A stretch of DNA of 64,000 nt from Candidatus Anderseniibacteriota bacterium (GCA_021414205.1 JAIOOW010000003.1:48-64047); one strand, 5' to 3'. Shown: positions 47,444 through 57,454, numbered from the stretch's first letter. Notes: generated by a model from the sequence alone, not told the origin. Program-made: numbers and translations.

Positions 47444-47673
47444 AATTATATATAGTTAGTTATACGTTATTATAGTGAAGAGAAAATCTGTGGATAATCG
47501 AATTTTTATTCTTAGTGTAGAGATTTTTTTTGGGAAAACGTGTGGAAACCGTGATGGATTTCTGTGTATGGATCGGTGTGTATCTACGGGATGCTGTGTG
47601 CATAATCTAATAACTTTTTATTTATAGACAAGTTTTCCGCTCTTTATAGAGTGTTGTGCACACTCTTCCCACA
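47444..47673. other. Replication origin candidate (dnaA-dnaN intergenic region)
   Basis: TGTGGATAA 47489-47497, TGTGCATAA 47597-47605, degenerate TGTGGAAAC 47541-47549; AT-rich segment beside dnaN; + strand changes from C/A-rich to G/T-rich here (by eye). Confidence 0.8.
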
Positions 47674-49071
47674 TCATGCATAAATCCTTTCTCGCAAGAA
47701 GCTGATCTCTTGTGATAACTCCTCATCATTATCAATAAGTTTTTCTATTTTTTCGCATGCATGCATGGCAGTTGTGTGGTCTCGTCCGCTAAAATGTTCA
47801 CCAATAGATGGAAAGGACATATTGCTTTCTCTTCGAAGGATGTACATTGCAACCTGGCGTGGTCGCACGATTTCTTTTTTTCTGGACTTTCCGCACAATT
47901 CCTCATGGGAAATATTATAGTAAGAGCTTACTGCGGAAATAATTTCCTCCGCGTTTACTGTTTTGCGTTGAGGTTTTTCAATAAGATCTTTAAGTACTCG
48001 CTTAGCATATTCCAGGGTTATTTTTTCGTGATGGAGGTCAAAGTATGCTGCTACCTTATTAAGCGCTCCTTCCAATTCTCGTACGTTGCTTTGAATGTTT
48101 TTTGCTATATAGGAGAGCGCGTCGGAATCGATGTCTATATTTCTGAGGTCTCGTTTTTCTTCTAGGATTGCAAGGCGGGTTTCGTAGTCTGGCCGCTTTA
48201 CGTCAGCTATCATGCCGGCAGATAATCTTGATGATAGGCGCTCTTGGAGTGCTGGGATAGCTGATGGTGGGCGATCGCTGCTTAAAATAATTTGCTTGTT
48301 TTGATTATGGAGTGTGTTAAATGTATAGAAGAGCTCCTCTTGAGTTTTGTCTTTGCCCGCAAAAAACTGAACGTCGTCAATAATAAACATATCCACGTCT
48401 CGGTAGCGCTTTTTAAATTGCTGTATAGTCCCCTCTCGGAGAGATTCGACGAATTCATTCGCAAATTTTTCAGATGCTACATACATAACAGTGAATCCGG
48501 GATTTGCTGCGATAACTGCATTTCCTACTGCTTGTAGGAGGTGTGTTTTTCCCAAACCAACTCCGCCGTAAATAAAAAGAGGGTTATATGTTTCACCTGG
48601 ATGCTCGGCAACCGCTCTGCACGCTGCGTGCGCAATTTCGTTACTTGTACCAACTACGAATGTGTCGAATGTGTACTTTTTATTGAGAGGTATTGAGGAT
48701 GGTGATGGTTGCTTGGTTGGGTATTTTGCGATGTGATCGGATGATGACGGAGTATTTTCGTTTTTTGCGGTATTTTTTTGAGCCACAATGCGAATATTTT
48801 TCTTGGAAATGCGCCGATCGGTATTCTTGGATGCAATAGAGAATTTGATGTCAGATATAGAGTTGTCTATCCCCTGGATTACTTCAAGGATGAGTGGTTT
48901 GTATTTTTTAGATAACCATTCGTATGCAAAAGGGTTTTGAGTTTCGATAATCGCCACGTCGTTTGTACGCTCTTTGATATTTGTGTTTCGAAACCATGTA
49001 AGGAAGTTCCCCTTACTCACGCGGAGCTCCAGTTGATCAAGTGCTACCTTCCAAAGTTGAGTGTCTTTCAT
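47674..49071 (-). CDS. dnaA: Chromosomal replication initiator DnaA
   Basis: YTFDTFVVG.SN, YNPLFIYGGVGLGKTHL, IDDVQF, RELEGA, GRDHTT motifs; start refined to ATG 49071. Confidence 0.98.
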   Translation of the reverse strand: MKDTQLWKVALDQLELRVSKGNFLTWFRNTNIKERTNDVAIIETQNPFAYEWLSKKYKPLILEVIQGIDNSISDIKFSIASKNTDRRISKKNIRIVAQKNTAKNENTPSSSDHIAKYPTKQPSPSSIPLNKKYTFDTFVVGTSNEIAHAACRAVAEHPGETYNPLFIYGGVGLGKTHLLQAVGNAVIAANPGFTVMYVASEKFANEFVESLREGTIQQFKKRYRDVDMFIIDDVQFFAGKDKTQEELFYTFNTLHNQNKQIILSSDRPPSAIPALQERLSSRLSAGMIADVKRPDYETRLAILEEKRDLRNIDIDSDALSYIAKNIQSNVRELEGALNKVAAYFDLHHEKITLEYAKRVLKDLIEKPQRKTVNAEEIISAVSSYYNISHEELCGKSRKKEIVRPRQVAMYILRRESNMSFPSIGEHFSGRDHTTAMHACEKIEKLIDNDEELSQEISFLRERIYA

Positions 49072-49094
49072 ATGCAAGCAGAATCGTATCATGG

Positions 49095-49161
49095 TTATCC
49101 ACAGCTGTGTACAGTCCGTAAGGTTGAAAATGTGGAAAAGGTGTTGATAATGTGTGTAAAA
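49095..49161. promoter_or_regulatory. DnaA-box cluster upstream of dnaA
   Basis: TTATCCACA 49095-49103; TGTGGAAAA 49131, TGTTGATAA 49142, TGTGTAAAA 49153 at 11-bp spacing. Confidence 0.8.
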
Positions 49162-49182
49162 AATAGTTGATGGTCCTGACTA

Positions 49183-49211
49183 TTGACTTTATAGCGCCTA
49201 TAAAGCATCAT
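49183..49211 (+). promoter_or_regulatory. Promoter of rpmH (leaderless-type spacing)
   Basis: TTGACT-17 nt-CATCAT; ATG 6 nt downstream. Confidence 0.65.
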
Positions 49212-49217
49212 TGGGAA

Positions 49218-49358
49218 ATGCCAAAACGTACCTACCAACCAAGTAAGCGTCGCCGAGCTCGTCGGTTTGGTTTTCTGATTCGCAAGAAAAAGCACCAAGG
49301 AGTACTTGCTCGCCGAAGAAAACGAGGGCGCGCTCGCCTTGCTGTTAAGACTTCCTAA
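49218..49358 (+). CDS. rpmH: 50S ribosomal protein L34
   Basis: MPKRTYQPSKRRRARRFGFL..R..GR.RL. Confidence 0.96.
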   Translation: MPKRTYQPSKRRRARRFGFLIRKKKHQGVLARRRKRGRARLAVKTS

Positions 49359-49360
49359 TT

Positions 49361-49699
49361 ATGTTGCAGCCCCAAAATAGGCTGCGGGACTCAGTTGAGA
49401 TTATGGAAACGCTCCGACAAGGAGCGCGTTTTCATGTATCGTTTTGCGATATCTACATAAAGCCTGCCCCAGGGGGTAAGGCCCGCTTAGCCTGCATTGT
49501 GGGAAAGCGCGTTCACGCATCAGCTGTTAAGCGACACCTGGCTCAAAGAAGGCTTCGGGCAGCCTCTGCACAACTTTTGCCCGCAATACAGGCCCCTTGC
49601 AATATCGTGATTGTGGGCACGGATAGTGTAATATTACATATGGACTTTAATAGTCTTGTACGAGAGCTATATTATGGAATTCTTCAAGGCGTTGAATAG
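49361..49699 (+). CDS. rnpA: Ribonuclease P protein component
   Basis: ML...NRL, VGKRV.SAVKRH..QRRLR; position after rpmH. Confidence 0.85.
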   Translation: MLQPQNRLRDSVEIMETLRQGARFHVSFCDIYIKPAPGGKARLACIVGKRVHASAVKRHLAQRRLRAASAQLLPAIQAPCNIVIVGTDSVILHMDFNSLVRELYYGILQGVE

Positions 49700-49919
49700 A
49701 GGTGTGAGTCGGCTAGTAATAGGTCTGATTGTATTATATCAGCACACTCTCTCGCCAGATCATGGACCATTTAAGTATGTGTACGGTGGGCCGGTATGTA
49801 AGTTTCATCCGACATGTTCCGAATACACTGCCCAAGCTATTCGCGAACATGGAATAAGGGGTCTGTGGGCGGGCTTTAAGAGAGTTTTATCATGTAATCC
49901 ATTTAGTAAGGTGCTATGA
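49674..49919 (+). CDS. yidD: Membrane protein insertion efficiency factor
   Basis: YQ..LSP, CKFHPTCSEY..QAI..HG, R.L.CNPF motifs. Confidence 0.92.
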   Translation: MEFFKALNRGVSRLVIGLIVLYQHTLSPDHGPFKYVYGGPVCKFHPTCSEYTAQAIREHGIRGLWAGFKRVLSCNPFSKVL

Positions 49920-50668
49920 ATATTATCTCCACAATTTATATAGAAGGACTGTTTCGGCCTCTGCTTAATTTATTGATTGGCATTACGAATATTACCCCTG
50001 GCCACGCAGTTGGTTGGGCCATTATTGTGGTCACAATTATTGTTCGCCTTATCTTGTTGCCATCCTTTTTACACCAGGCAAGGGCGATGCAAAAAAATCA
50101 GGAAAAAATGAAGTCGATACAATCTCAACTCGACGAAGCGAAGATAAAGCATAAGGACGATAAGGCGAAGCATGCGGAGGAGACAATGCGTATTTATAAG
50201 GAAGCAGGAGTTAATCCTGCTTCGGGGTGTTTGCCACTCATTATTCAGCTCCCTATCTTGCTTGCCCTCTATAGAGTATTTTTTTCAGGGTTAACCCCAA
50301 GCACATACCATTATTTATATTCATTCGTAGCTCACCCGGCGGTGCTTAGTTTCGCATTTTTGGGGATTAATTTGAATAGCCCGAGCCTTTTGCTTGGCGT
50401 AATTGCTGGCGCGCTTCAATTTATTCAGATGAAATTCTTAGCTCCACAGCAACAGGCGCAACCTGGAGCAAATGAGGAAACTGCCGCAATGATGGCATCC
50501 ATGCAAAAAAACATGATGTATATTTTCCCGGCGATGACTATTTTTATAGCACTTCGCCTCCCTGCTGCACTTGCGCTGTATTGGGCGGTTTCAACGTTGT
50601 TCGGAATTGTTCAGCAGGTTATTGTTCGCAGAACGTTGCACTTAACGACCAATCCGCCGAACATTTGA
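49916..50668 (+). CDS. yidC: Membrane protein insertase YidC
   Basis: TIIVRLILLP, GVNPASGCLPLIIQLPI, LPAALALYW motifs. Confidence 0.95.
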   Translation: MNIISTIYIEGLFRPLLNLLIGITNITPGHAVGWAIIVVTIIVRLILLPSFLHQARAMQKNQEKMKSIQSQLDEAKIKHKDDKAKHAEETMRIYKEAGVNPASGCLPLIIQLPILLALYRVFFSGLTPSTYHYLYSFVAHPAVLSFAFLGINLNSPSLLLGVIAGALQFIQMKFLAPQQQAQPGANEETAAMMASMQKNMMYIFPAMTIFIALRLPAALALYWAVSTLFGIVQQVIVRRTLHLTTNPPNI

Positions 50669-50700
50669 TATTTTTAAGGTTTTTGCATACTGTGCAACAT

Positions 50701-51174
50701 ATGCAACCGGATGATTCAGCGGGTATCTTGATAGCGGAACATGTCCGCAGGGTGTTGGAAGTAATGGGGATAGAAGGTGCACAAGTGTCTTGCAGTTTTC
50801 CGGAAGCGGATACGCTTTTGATATCAATTGCGACTGAAGGGTTGGGAAGTATGCTTATAGGAGCGCAAGGTGCTCATCTCTATGCGTTTCAACATGTTGT
50901 GCGCTGTATGCTGAAAAAGAGTATGCAGTCAGATATGCGAATTCTTGTTGATGTAAATGGGTATCGTGCTCGTCGAGAAAAAGGTCTTGCTGGTTTGGCG
51001 GAAGAAACGGCCCGTAAGGCGCAGAAAACAGGTCTTGCGGTCGAGCTTGCACCTATGAATGCCGTTGATCGTCGCGCAGTTCATACTGCGCTTGCAGGCT
51101 ACAAGGATGTGCGGACTGAAAGCTTGGGCGAGGGCGTAACGCGCAGAGTGGTTGTACGTCCAATATTCTTATAA
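50701..51174 (+). CDS. jag: Jag/KhpB (KH + R3H) RNA-binding protein, no Jag-N domain
   Basis: LIGAQG..L, VDVNGYR, L.PMNAVDRRAVH, TES.GEG motifs; start refined to ATG 50701. Confidence 0.88.
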   Translation: MQPDDSAGILIAEHVRRVLEVMGIEGAQVSCSFPEADTLLISIATEGLGSMLIGAQGAHLYAFQHVVRCMLKKSMQSDMRILVDVNGYRARREKGLAGLAEETARKAQKTGLAVELAPMNAVDRRAVHTALAGYKDVRTESLGEGVTRRVVVRPIFL

Positions 51175-52608
51175 ATGGCGCAGTCAGTATTGCTGAATAG
51201 CTCAGTAGCGCTTGTTGGCAGGCTTATTACGTTGGTATTGGGTCTTGGGGCGACTGCCCTTATGACTCGCTTGTTGGGTGCTCAGGAATTCGGCCAATAT
51301 TCTTTTATTGCAACGATTGGAACATTTTTGCAATTAGTTGCCGATTTCGGACTGTACCTGACGGCGAGTCGAGAGCTTGGGCACGGGTCGGAGCATACAG
51401 ATATTCGCTTCGGGCATATTATGTCATTGAGAAGTATTTTTTTAGCCGGTGTGTATGTGTTGGGCGCGATTGCATTGCTGCTTATTCCTTCGGCACGATC
51501 GTATCTTCCTCTTTTTATGGTATTTGCTGTTGGATTTTCCGCTCAATCGGTAAGTCAGTTGTTGTTGAGCGTTTTTCAGGCGAGTGGTGTTGTTTGGAGG
51601 GCAACTGTTAGCGATATTGTGGGCAGATGCGCCCAAATAAGCACCTTAATTCTGCTGTTTATGCGAGCTGAGCACGTTCCTGCACATGCAGTTAGTGTTG
51701 CTGGAGCATTCTCACTTGGTCTTATTGTTTCGTGCGGTGCCTATGTTGTCTTGGCCCCAAATAAAAGAATTATTATTCCGGTGGTATCCCCCATTATATG
51801 GAAGAAGATTATTAAAATTTCTTTGCCGGTAGGAGCACTTTTAGTGCTCAATGTAATTTACTTTAGGATCGACACGGTTATGCTGGCCATGTTTCGTGCT
51901 TCCCAAGAGGTTGGTTGGTATGCATTGGCGTATCGTGTGGTAGAAAATACGCTGTTCTTTCCCGCAATGCTGGGGGGGCTCGTATTGCCCCATATCAGTT
52001 CTGCAATACATAAGAAAAATCACGATCTCTCAAGAGGCTTTGTAGAGCAGGCGCTCTTTTTATCTATTTCGCTGGCGTTGCCAGTGGTCGGCATTCTTGC
52101 TCTGTATGCAAATAGTCTTGTTGTTCTTGTTTCGGGCTATGCATTTGCCCCTGCCGGCCCCATTCTCGAGGTGCTTGCTTGGGCTGCCGGGATTATGTTT
52201 GTTGGAAATATATTAGGGTTTGTATTAATTGCGCTGCAACGCCAAAAAGATCTTTTATTCCTCTATGCCGGATTGGCTGTTGGTAATATTATTGCTAACC
52301 TCGTCTTTATCCCCCATTTTGGGGCGCTTGGAGCAGCTTGGATTACGGTTATAACTGAAGGAGTGGCTACTAGTGTCGCATCGTATTTGGTGTATGAGCG
52401 CATTAGATGGAGTATTGCGTCGGCGCAACTGCTAAAGATTGGCGTAATTTGTGGCGTTGCGCTCGTTGTTAGCTATGTATTGCCGGCATCGGTGCCCGTC
52501 ATTGGTAAAATTGTGTGTGTTTGTGCGGTGTATGCAATCCTCGGATACACTAATGGGGTATGGAGTCAGTCAACAACCAATCTTCTCCGCTCCGCAAAGG
52601 GAGTATAA
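51175..52608 (+). CDS. Wzx-type flippase
   Basis: Many TMs; RLLGAQEFG.Y, DFGL, RID.VML, VGWY, N..FIP.FGA.GAA motifs. Confidence 0.88.
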   Translation: MAQSVLLNSSVALVGRLITLVLGLGATALMTRLLGAQEFGQYSFIATIGTFLQLVADFGLYLTASRELGHGSEHTDIRFGHIMSLRSIFLAGVYVLGAIALLLIPSARSYLPLFMVFAVGFSAQSVSQLLLSVFQASGVVWRATVSDIVGRCAQISTLILLFMRAEHVPAHAVSVAGAFSLGLIVSCGAYVVLAPNKRIIIPVVSPIIWKKIIKISLPVGALLVLNVIYFRIDTVMLAMFRASQEVGWYALAYRVVENTLFFPAMLGGLVLPHISSAIHKKNHDLSRGFVEQALFLSISLALPVVGILALYANSLVVLVSGYAFAPAGPILEVLAWAAGIMFVGNILGFVLIALQRQKDLLFLYAGLAVGNIIANLVFIPHFGALGAAWITVITEGVATSVASYLVYERIRWSIASAQLLKIGVICGVALVVSYVLPASVPVIGKIVCVCAVYAILGYTNGVWSQSTTNLLRSAKGV

Positions 52609-53513
52609 AAACATGCGATATTATCCTGCCTACGTATAAGAGACCATATGCGTTGCAGGAAGCGTTGCGGGCGTTACAGGGCCAGCGAATTCCGAGTTCT
52701 TGGCAGGTTCGCATTGTTGTGTGTGATGATGGTTCCTCGAGCGCCACTCAAGGGGTGGTGGATGCGTTTTTCTGGACTGGTCAATGGATGCCACCACTAA
52801 TTCTTCCGCTCGCGCACCTTGGGCGCTCTGGAGCGCGTAATGCGGGGATTAAGTGCTCCCAAGCAGATATTATATTGTTATTAGCTGATGATATCCTGTT
52901 GCGATCTCACGCGTTGGCGCTTCATTTAGAATTTCATGACCAACATCAAGGCGCTCAAGATGTTGCCTTAGGATATGTATTATGGGATCCTCGAATTCGC
53001 CCTACGCCATTTATGGAGTGGATGACCCATGGAGGTCAGCAAAATAACTATGATGCATTACTGGGCGCAAAAACGTGCGATCCGGACAGTTTTTTCTATG
53101 GGTCTCACCTATCGATAAAAAGACCCCTCATACAAGAAAACCTATTTTCCGAGAAGTTTACTGCATACGGCTGGGAAGATTTGGAGCTGGGCAGCCGCTT
53201 AAAAGAGAGGGGTGCGCAACTGCACGTCCTTCACAATGCTATTGGGTTGCACCAGCATTTTTATTCTGCGAAGGAGCTCTTATGGCGACAGCAGATTATT
53301 GGGGCTCAAAAATATCGAGTGAACACAAATTCGATTCGAAAGCTAAAACACAGCCTATACTGGTATTCCGGTGCTCGTCTCTGCTCTGTATATATAATGA
53401 AAAAAATGGGCAACAAAGTAAATATTCCAAGAATATTCCAGATTATAATTGCGGGAGAATTCTGGTATGGGGTGTTTCACTCCCCTGGGCTGTTGAAAAG
53501 AAAAACTTTATGA
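52560..53513 (+). CDS. Glycosyltransferase family 2
   Basis: ILPTYKR, CDDGS, ARNAG, LADD, YGWEDLE motifs; start uncertain. Confidence 0.88.
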   Translation: MESVNNQSSPLRKGSIKTCDIILPTYKRPYALQEALRALQGQRIPSSWQVRIVVCDDGSSSATQGVVDAFFWTGQWMPPLILPLAHLGRSGARNAGIKCSQADIILLLADDILLRSHALALHLEFHDQHQGAQDVALGYVLWDPRIRPTPFMEWMTHGGQQNNYDALLGAKTCDPDSFFYGSHLSIKRPLIQENLFSEKFTAYGWEDLELGSRLKERGAQLHVLHNAIGLHQHFYSAKELLWRQQIIGAQKYRVNTNSIRKLKHSLYWYSGARLCSVYIMKKMGNKVNIPRIFQIIIAGEFWYGVFHSPGLLKRKTL

Positions 53514-54337
53514 AAGGCTCTATAAAGAGAAAAATAACACGAATACCCAACATGTTCACGAAAAGTAGTGGATTATCCACAGACTTATCCACAATAATTC
53601 CACAAAGAAGATCAATAATCGTGATTATTGTCCATTTTGGAAACAAAAAAGATACTAATTCCCTCGTGGATTCGCTGAAGAATAATGCTCGCGTGCCAGA
53701 CGATATTATTGTTATTGATAATGACGTCGACAATAGAGGGTATCTTGGCGGGCTAAAAGCGGGGGTATTTCAGAGCAGGCAATCCGGATATAGGTCAAAC
53801 GACCTCCTCGTACTTTTAAATAACGACCTTCGAGTAGGGGTAGGCTTTATTTCTGAGATTGAAAGATGGTGGGATGAGCAAGGATCTCCTCGCACGCTTG
53901 CCGGCCCTACGGCCGGACAGCTTTCGGTTGTAACTGGGCGTGCCCATGTTAGGTCTTTGCAGAAAAGGGTGTTGCCTAAAGGGTATGTGCACGGTTCGTG
54001 TTTGATTGTGGAGCGCGCTTTCTTTGAGCAGCTTTCTGATATGGAGGATTTCTTTATGTATTGGGAGGATGTTGCGATGAGTTTGCGAGCATTGGCGCTT
54101 GGGGGCAATCTGAAAATTATTCCAAACCTTCCCGTGTATCATGACGATGTTCTAGCGTCGATGTCTGGCGATAAGTTGTATTATTTGGTGCGAAATGGCG
54201 CATACGTTCTCGAGAAGCTTAAGTTCCCTTGGGGCGCTTATTGGCGCATAGGTAATTCGTTGCGATACGCATATCATCGCCTTCTTGGGCACGATGTGAT
54301 CGTTCGTGCCTTACGTGATAGAAAAAGTATTCTATGA
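53510..54337 (+). CDS. Glycosyltransferase family 2
   Basis: IIVHF, IDND..NRGY.GG, LLNND, HGSCL, FFMYWEDV motifs; start ATG 53510 or 53552. Confidence 0.85.
   Translation: MKGSIKRKITRIPNMFTKSSGLSTDLSTIIPQRRSIIVIIVHFGNKKDTNSLVDSLKNNARVPDDIIVIDNDVDNRGYLGGLKAGVFQSRQSGYRSNDLLVLLNNDLRVGVGFISEIERWWDEQGSPRTLAGPTAGQLSVVTGRAHVRSLQKRVLPKGYVHGSCLIVERAFFEQLSDMEDFFMYWEDVAMSLRALALGGNLKIIPNLPVYHDDVLASMSGDKLYYLVRNGAYVLEKLKFPWGAYWRIGNSLRYAYHRLLGHDVIVRALRDRKSIL
53567..53604. promoter_or_regulatory. Intragenic DnaA-box cluster
   Basis: TTATCCACA at 53573 and 53585, AATTCCACA at 53596, opposed AGTGGATTA at 53567. Confidence 0.65.
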
Positions 54338-55104
54338 CAATAGGAGCTGTAATTGTTACATATAATAGTAAGAATACTGTGCGTGCCTGCATTGATAGCG
54401 TGCTCTCTGAGGGGGTATCTGACATTGTCATTGTTGATAGCAATTCAACGGATGGTACTCAATTGGTTATATCGAATCTGGAGGGCCGGGTTGTTGAGCT
54501 TTCCGAGAATAGAGGATTTGGGTTTGCCGCAAATACTGGTGCATATTTATTGAACACTGATTGTGTTCTATTTATAAATCCGGACGCTTATCTAAAACCG
54601 GGAGCCCTATCTTCGATGATGCAAGTAATGCATAGCCGTAAAAAAATCGGCGCTGTTGGTGGAATGCTTGTAGATACGCAGGGCGCCCCAGAGCCATATT
54701 CATTTGGAGAAACCGTAACCCCATTTGGGATCCTTGCGAGGGCGCGGAGGAGGCAAAAGAGTGTTTCTGAGCCGGTTTCAGTGGGGTGGGTTTCGGGTGG
54801 CGCCATTCTGGTAAATCGCAGGGTATTTCAGGGTATTGGCGGATTCGATGATAGTTTTTTTCTGTATTGGGAGGATGTTGATCTATGCAGGAGGATTAAA
54901 GAGTGTGGATTTGACGTCTATATTGACCCAAATGCGACTGTTGTTCATGTTCGCGGAGCGAGCAGTACAGATATTCGAGAAAAAACAGAACTATACGACG
55001 CGTCTGCAACCAGGTACTTTCAAAAGTACTACCCCCCTTTTATATGGAGCACTTATCTTATCGCACGAAAAATATACCGACTCGTGCGCCCATTGGCATA
55101 TTAA
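54334..55104 (+). CDS. Glycosyltransferase family 2 (rhamnosyltransferase-like)
   Basis: VIVTYNS, VDSNSTDGT, NRGFG.AAN, INPD, WVSGG, FDDSFFLYWEDVD motifs. Confidence 0.9.
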   Translation: MTIGAVIVTYNSKNTVRACIDSVLSEGVSDIVIVDSNSTDGTQLVISNLEGRVVELSENRGFGFAANTGAYLLNTDCVLFINPDAYLKPGALSSMMQVMHSRKKIGAVGGMLVDTQGAPEPYSFGETVTPFGILARARRRQKSVSEPVSVGWVSGGAILVNRRVFQGIGGFDDSFFLYWEDVDLCRRIKECGFDVYIDPNATVVHVRGASSTDIREKTELYDASATRYFQKYYPPFIWSTYLIARKIYRLVRPLAY

Positions 55105-56276
55105 TTAGTATTTGTGGAGCGGTTATCGTGGGGCAGATAGGGCGCATCCCCTTAAATAACCAGGGTGGCGGCCTCCTCATAAGTGACATTGTTCTTGTCG
55201 CGAGCCTGGCATGCGGGGTAATTACGATGTTGCTTGGCATAATTCCGCTGCAGGGAGCTCTTAAGGCACCAAGGGTATATGTATATACATCATTGCCATT
55301 TTTTCTATGGGTGTTTGCTGTGCTTGTGTATCGCGAGTACATGCTCGGTGTGCACTCATTTTTGATTGCCTTGTTGTATGCACTTAGGCTGCTTGCGATA
55401 TCCCTCTTATTCCCCCTGCTCACCTGTCTCGTGAGCGCAAGAGTAGCTCAAAAGGCGTTTTTATGGATGTATTACATGCTTATTGCTCTTGGGTATGCCC
55501 AGCTCGTCGTATTCCCATCTCTCGTTGGCAACATAAATGGGTGGGATCCTCATATTCATCGTATGGTGGCAACGTGGTTTGATCCGAATTTTTTTGGAGC
55601 GTTTATTGCAATGGGTATCTTGCCAGCATTGTATTGGTCTCGAGGAAATATAGCCGTGCTCGTCGCATCAATGAGCGCATTGGCCCTCACAGGCTCTCGA
55701 AGCTCTTGGATTGCCGTTATGATAGCTTGTATCGTGGTTTTGTTCGTGTATCTGCTGCGCGGATCGCTCGCACCGCATTGGAAGAAGGGCGTGTGCATTG
55801 CATTATTGGCTGGTGGAATAGTATGTATTGCTGTTGCCGGTATATTTTCCGATCGCATCTCTCATTTTTTCGTGCATGACCCTACCGTAGCATTGCGGTC
55901 AGCCGCATATACGGAAACATGGCATCGCCTGGTTGAACCGAATATGCTTTTTGGGGTCGGATACAATGCGTATCAATTTAGTGCAAAGTCCGCAGGCCTG
56001 ATACGAGATTTTTCCATCCACTCAAGGGCCGGATCCGATAATAGCGGGATAACGCTCCTCGTGACTACGGGAATAATCGGCACTATGCTCTTTTTTCTGC
56101 CGTTTATTGTTGGGGTATATTGGCATGGAAAGCAGTGGTTGTTGCACAAAAGGGGCCAATCGTTACTTTTTCTCTGGTCGCTGGTTGTTATTATTGTGCA
56201 TGCACAGTTTGAAAATAGCTTACTATATCCACACCTGTTGATGGCGTTTATTATTATTGCCGTGGCTACGCTATGA
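55044..56276 (+). CDS. O-antigen ligase/Wzy_C family membrane protein
   Basis: R...W.DPN, TGSRSSW, FGVGYN, DNS motifs; start uncertain. Confidence 0.8.
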   Translation: MEHLSYRTKNIPTRAPIGILISICGAVIVGQIGRIPLNNQGGGLLISDIVLVASLACGVITMLLGIIPLQGALKAPRVYVYTSLPFFLWVFAVLVYREYMLGVHSFLIALLYALRLLAISLLFPLLTCLVSARVAQKAFLWMYYMLIALGYAQLVVFPSLVGNINGWDPHIHRMVATWFDPNFFGAFIAMGILPALYWSRGNIAVLVASMSALALTGSRSSWIAVMIACIVVLFVYLLRGSLAPHWKKGVCIALLAGGIVCIAVAGIFSDRISHFFVHDPTVALRSAAYTETWHRLVEPNMLFGVGYNAYQFSAKSAGLIRDFSIHSRAGSDNSGITLLVTTGIIGTMLFFLPFIVGVYWHGKQWLLHKRGQSLLFLWSLVVIIVHAQFENSLLYPHLLMAFIIIAVATL

Positions 56277-57454
56277 GCTATAATTCCTTGCTGCTGGTAC
56301 TAGCGGGAATTCTCCCCTTGTATATTGTCCGCTTCTCGATTTTTGGCGTTCCAACAAACGCATTTGAGGTTTCTGTATTATTAGCTCTTTGTATTGGAGT
56401 CTTTTCTATTAACATCAGAAGGAGCTGGGTGTACGCGCTAAAAACGATGCCTCGAGGGATGCAAATTGCCATCGCACTCTTGTTTTTGTCGGCGTGTATC
56501 TCAGCTGCAATTTCTCATGAAATGCGAGTGAGCTTTGGGATTTTAAAGGGCTGGTTTATTGTGCCGATGGTCTTTGGGTTTTTAGTTATGAGCGCAATAA
56601 AATATAACTCCGCCATGAAACCGCGAATACTAGATTCGCTGATGGTATCTGGGGTAGTCGTGTCCGTAATTGGTATGTTGCAAATCGGCTCGATGCCAAG
56701 GATTGCGTCTGTGTATGACGTGCCAAACTCACTGGCATTATTTATAGTTCCTCTAGTAATTATTGCTTTATATAGAGGCGTATTACTCAGAAATCGGGCA
56801 TATCTTGTGTCTGCTGCTATTATAGCTATTGCCATTCTTGCGACGCAATCCGTTGGGGCGATATTTGCGCTTATAGGAACTGGTAGTATCGGCTGGTTTG
56901 CGGGTATTTTGCCAGCGGTTTTCAATTCGAAAGCGCAAAGGTTGAGAGTACGTTTTTTGAGCTGGGTGATAATGGCTGTTATTTTTATCGCTTTTGTATT
57001 GTCGGGTCGGATTCAGTATCTCATCCCCCCGCTTCTTCATCCTGGGGCAACAAATTCCGCAACGGTGCGACTGCAATTATGGGATGTTGGTATTCGCCTT
57101 ATACAAAAGCACTCGATTCTTGGTGTTGGGCTTGGGCAGTTCGAGCCAGCATATCAGGCACAACTTCATCAGCTTTTTACTCAACATGTCCCAGGGTTGC
57201 AGGCAGAATACGTTTTTCGAGATCCGCACAATTGGATTATATCGTTTTGGTTGAACCTCGGTATCTTGGGTTTGGTAAGTTTCGCATATATAAATTACAA
57301 AGCCATTCGTATTTCAATAAAGTCTAAAAACCTAGAAAATAGAGCAATCGCTCTTGCTGGTATTTCTACACTGTTATTTGGGTTAGTTGATACGATCTAC
57401 TGGAAAAACGATCTATCGGTGCTGTGGTGGATGGTAATGGTATTAGCGTTCTGA
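56273..57454 (+). CDS. O-antigen ligase/Wzy_C family membrane protein
   Basis: R....PN, TQS.GA, RLQLW, GVGLG.F, PHN..I.FW..LG..G motifs. Confidence 0.85.
   Translation: MSYNSLLLVLAGILPLYIVRFSIFGVPTNAFEVSVLLALCIGVFSINIRRSWVYALKTMPRGMQIAIALLFLSACISAAISHEMRVSFGILKGWFIVPMVFGFLVMSAIKYNSAMKPRILDSLMVSGVVVSVIGMLQIGSMPRIASVYDVPNSLALFIVPLVIIALYRGVLLRNRAYLVSAAIIAIAILATQSVGAIFALIGTGSIGWFAGILPAVFNSKAQRLRVRFLSWVIMAVIFIAFVLSGRIQYLIPPLLHPGATNSATVRLQLWDVGIRLIQKHSILGVGLGQFEPAYQAQLHQLFTQHVPGLQAEYVFRDPHNWIISFWLNLGILGLVSFAYINYKAIRISIKSKNLENRAIALAGISTLLFGLVDTIYWKNDLSVLWWMVMVLAF

Noticed and set aside
47444-47488. DnaA-trio array
   Set aside because: AT-rich but without a regular 3-nt periodic repeat that I could support.
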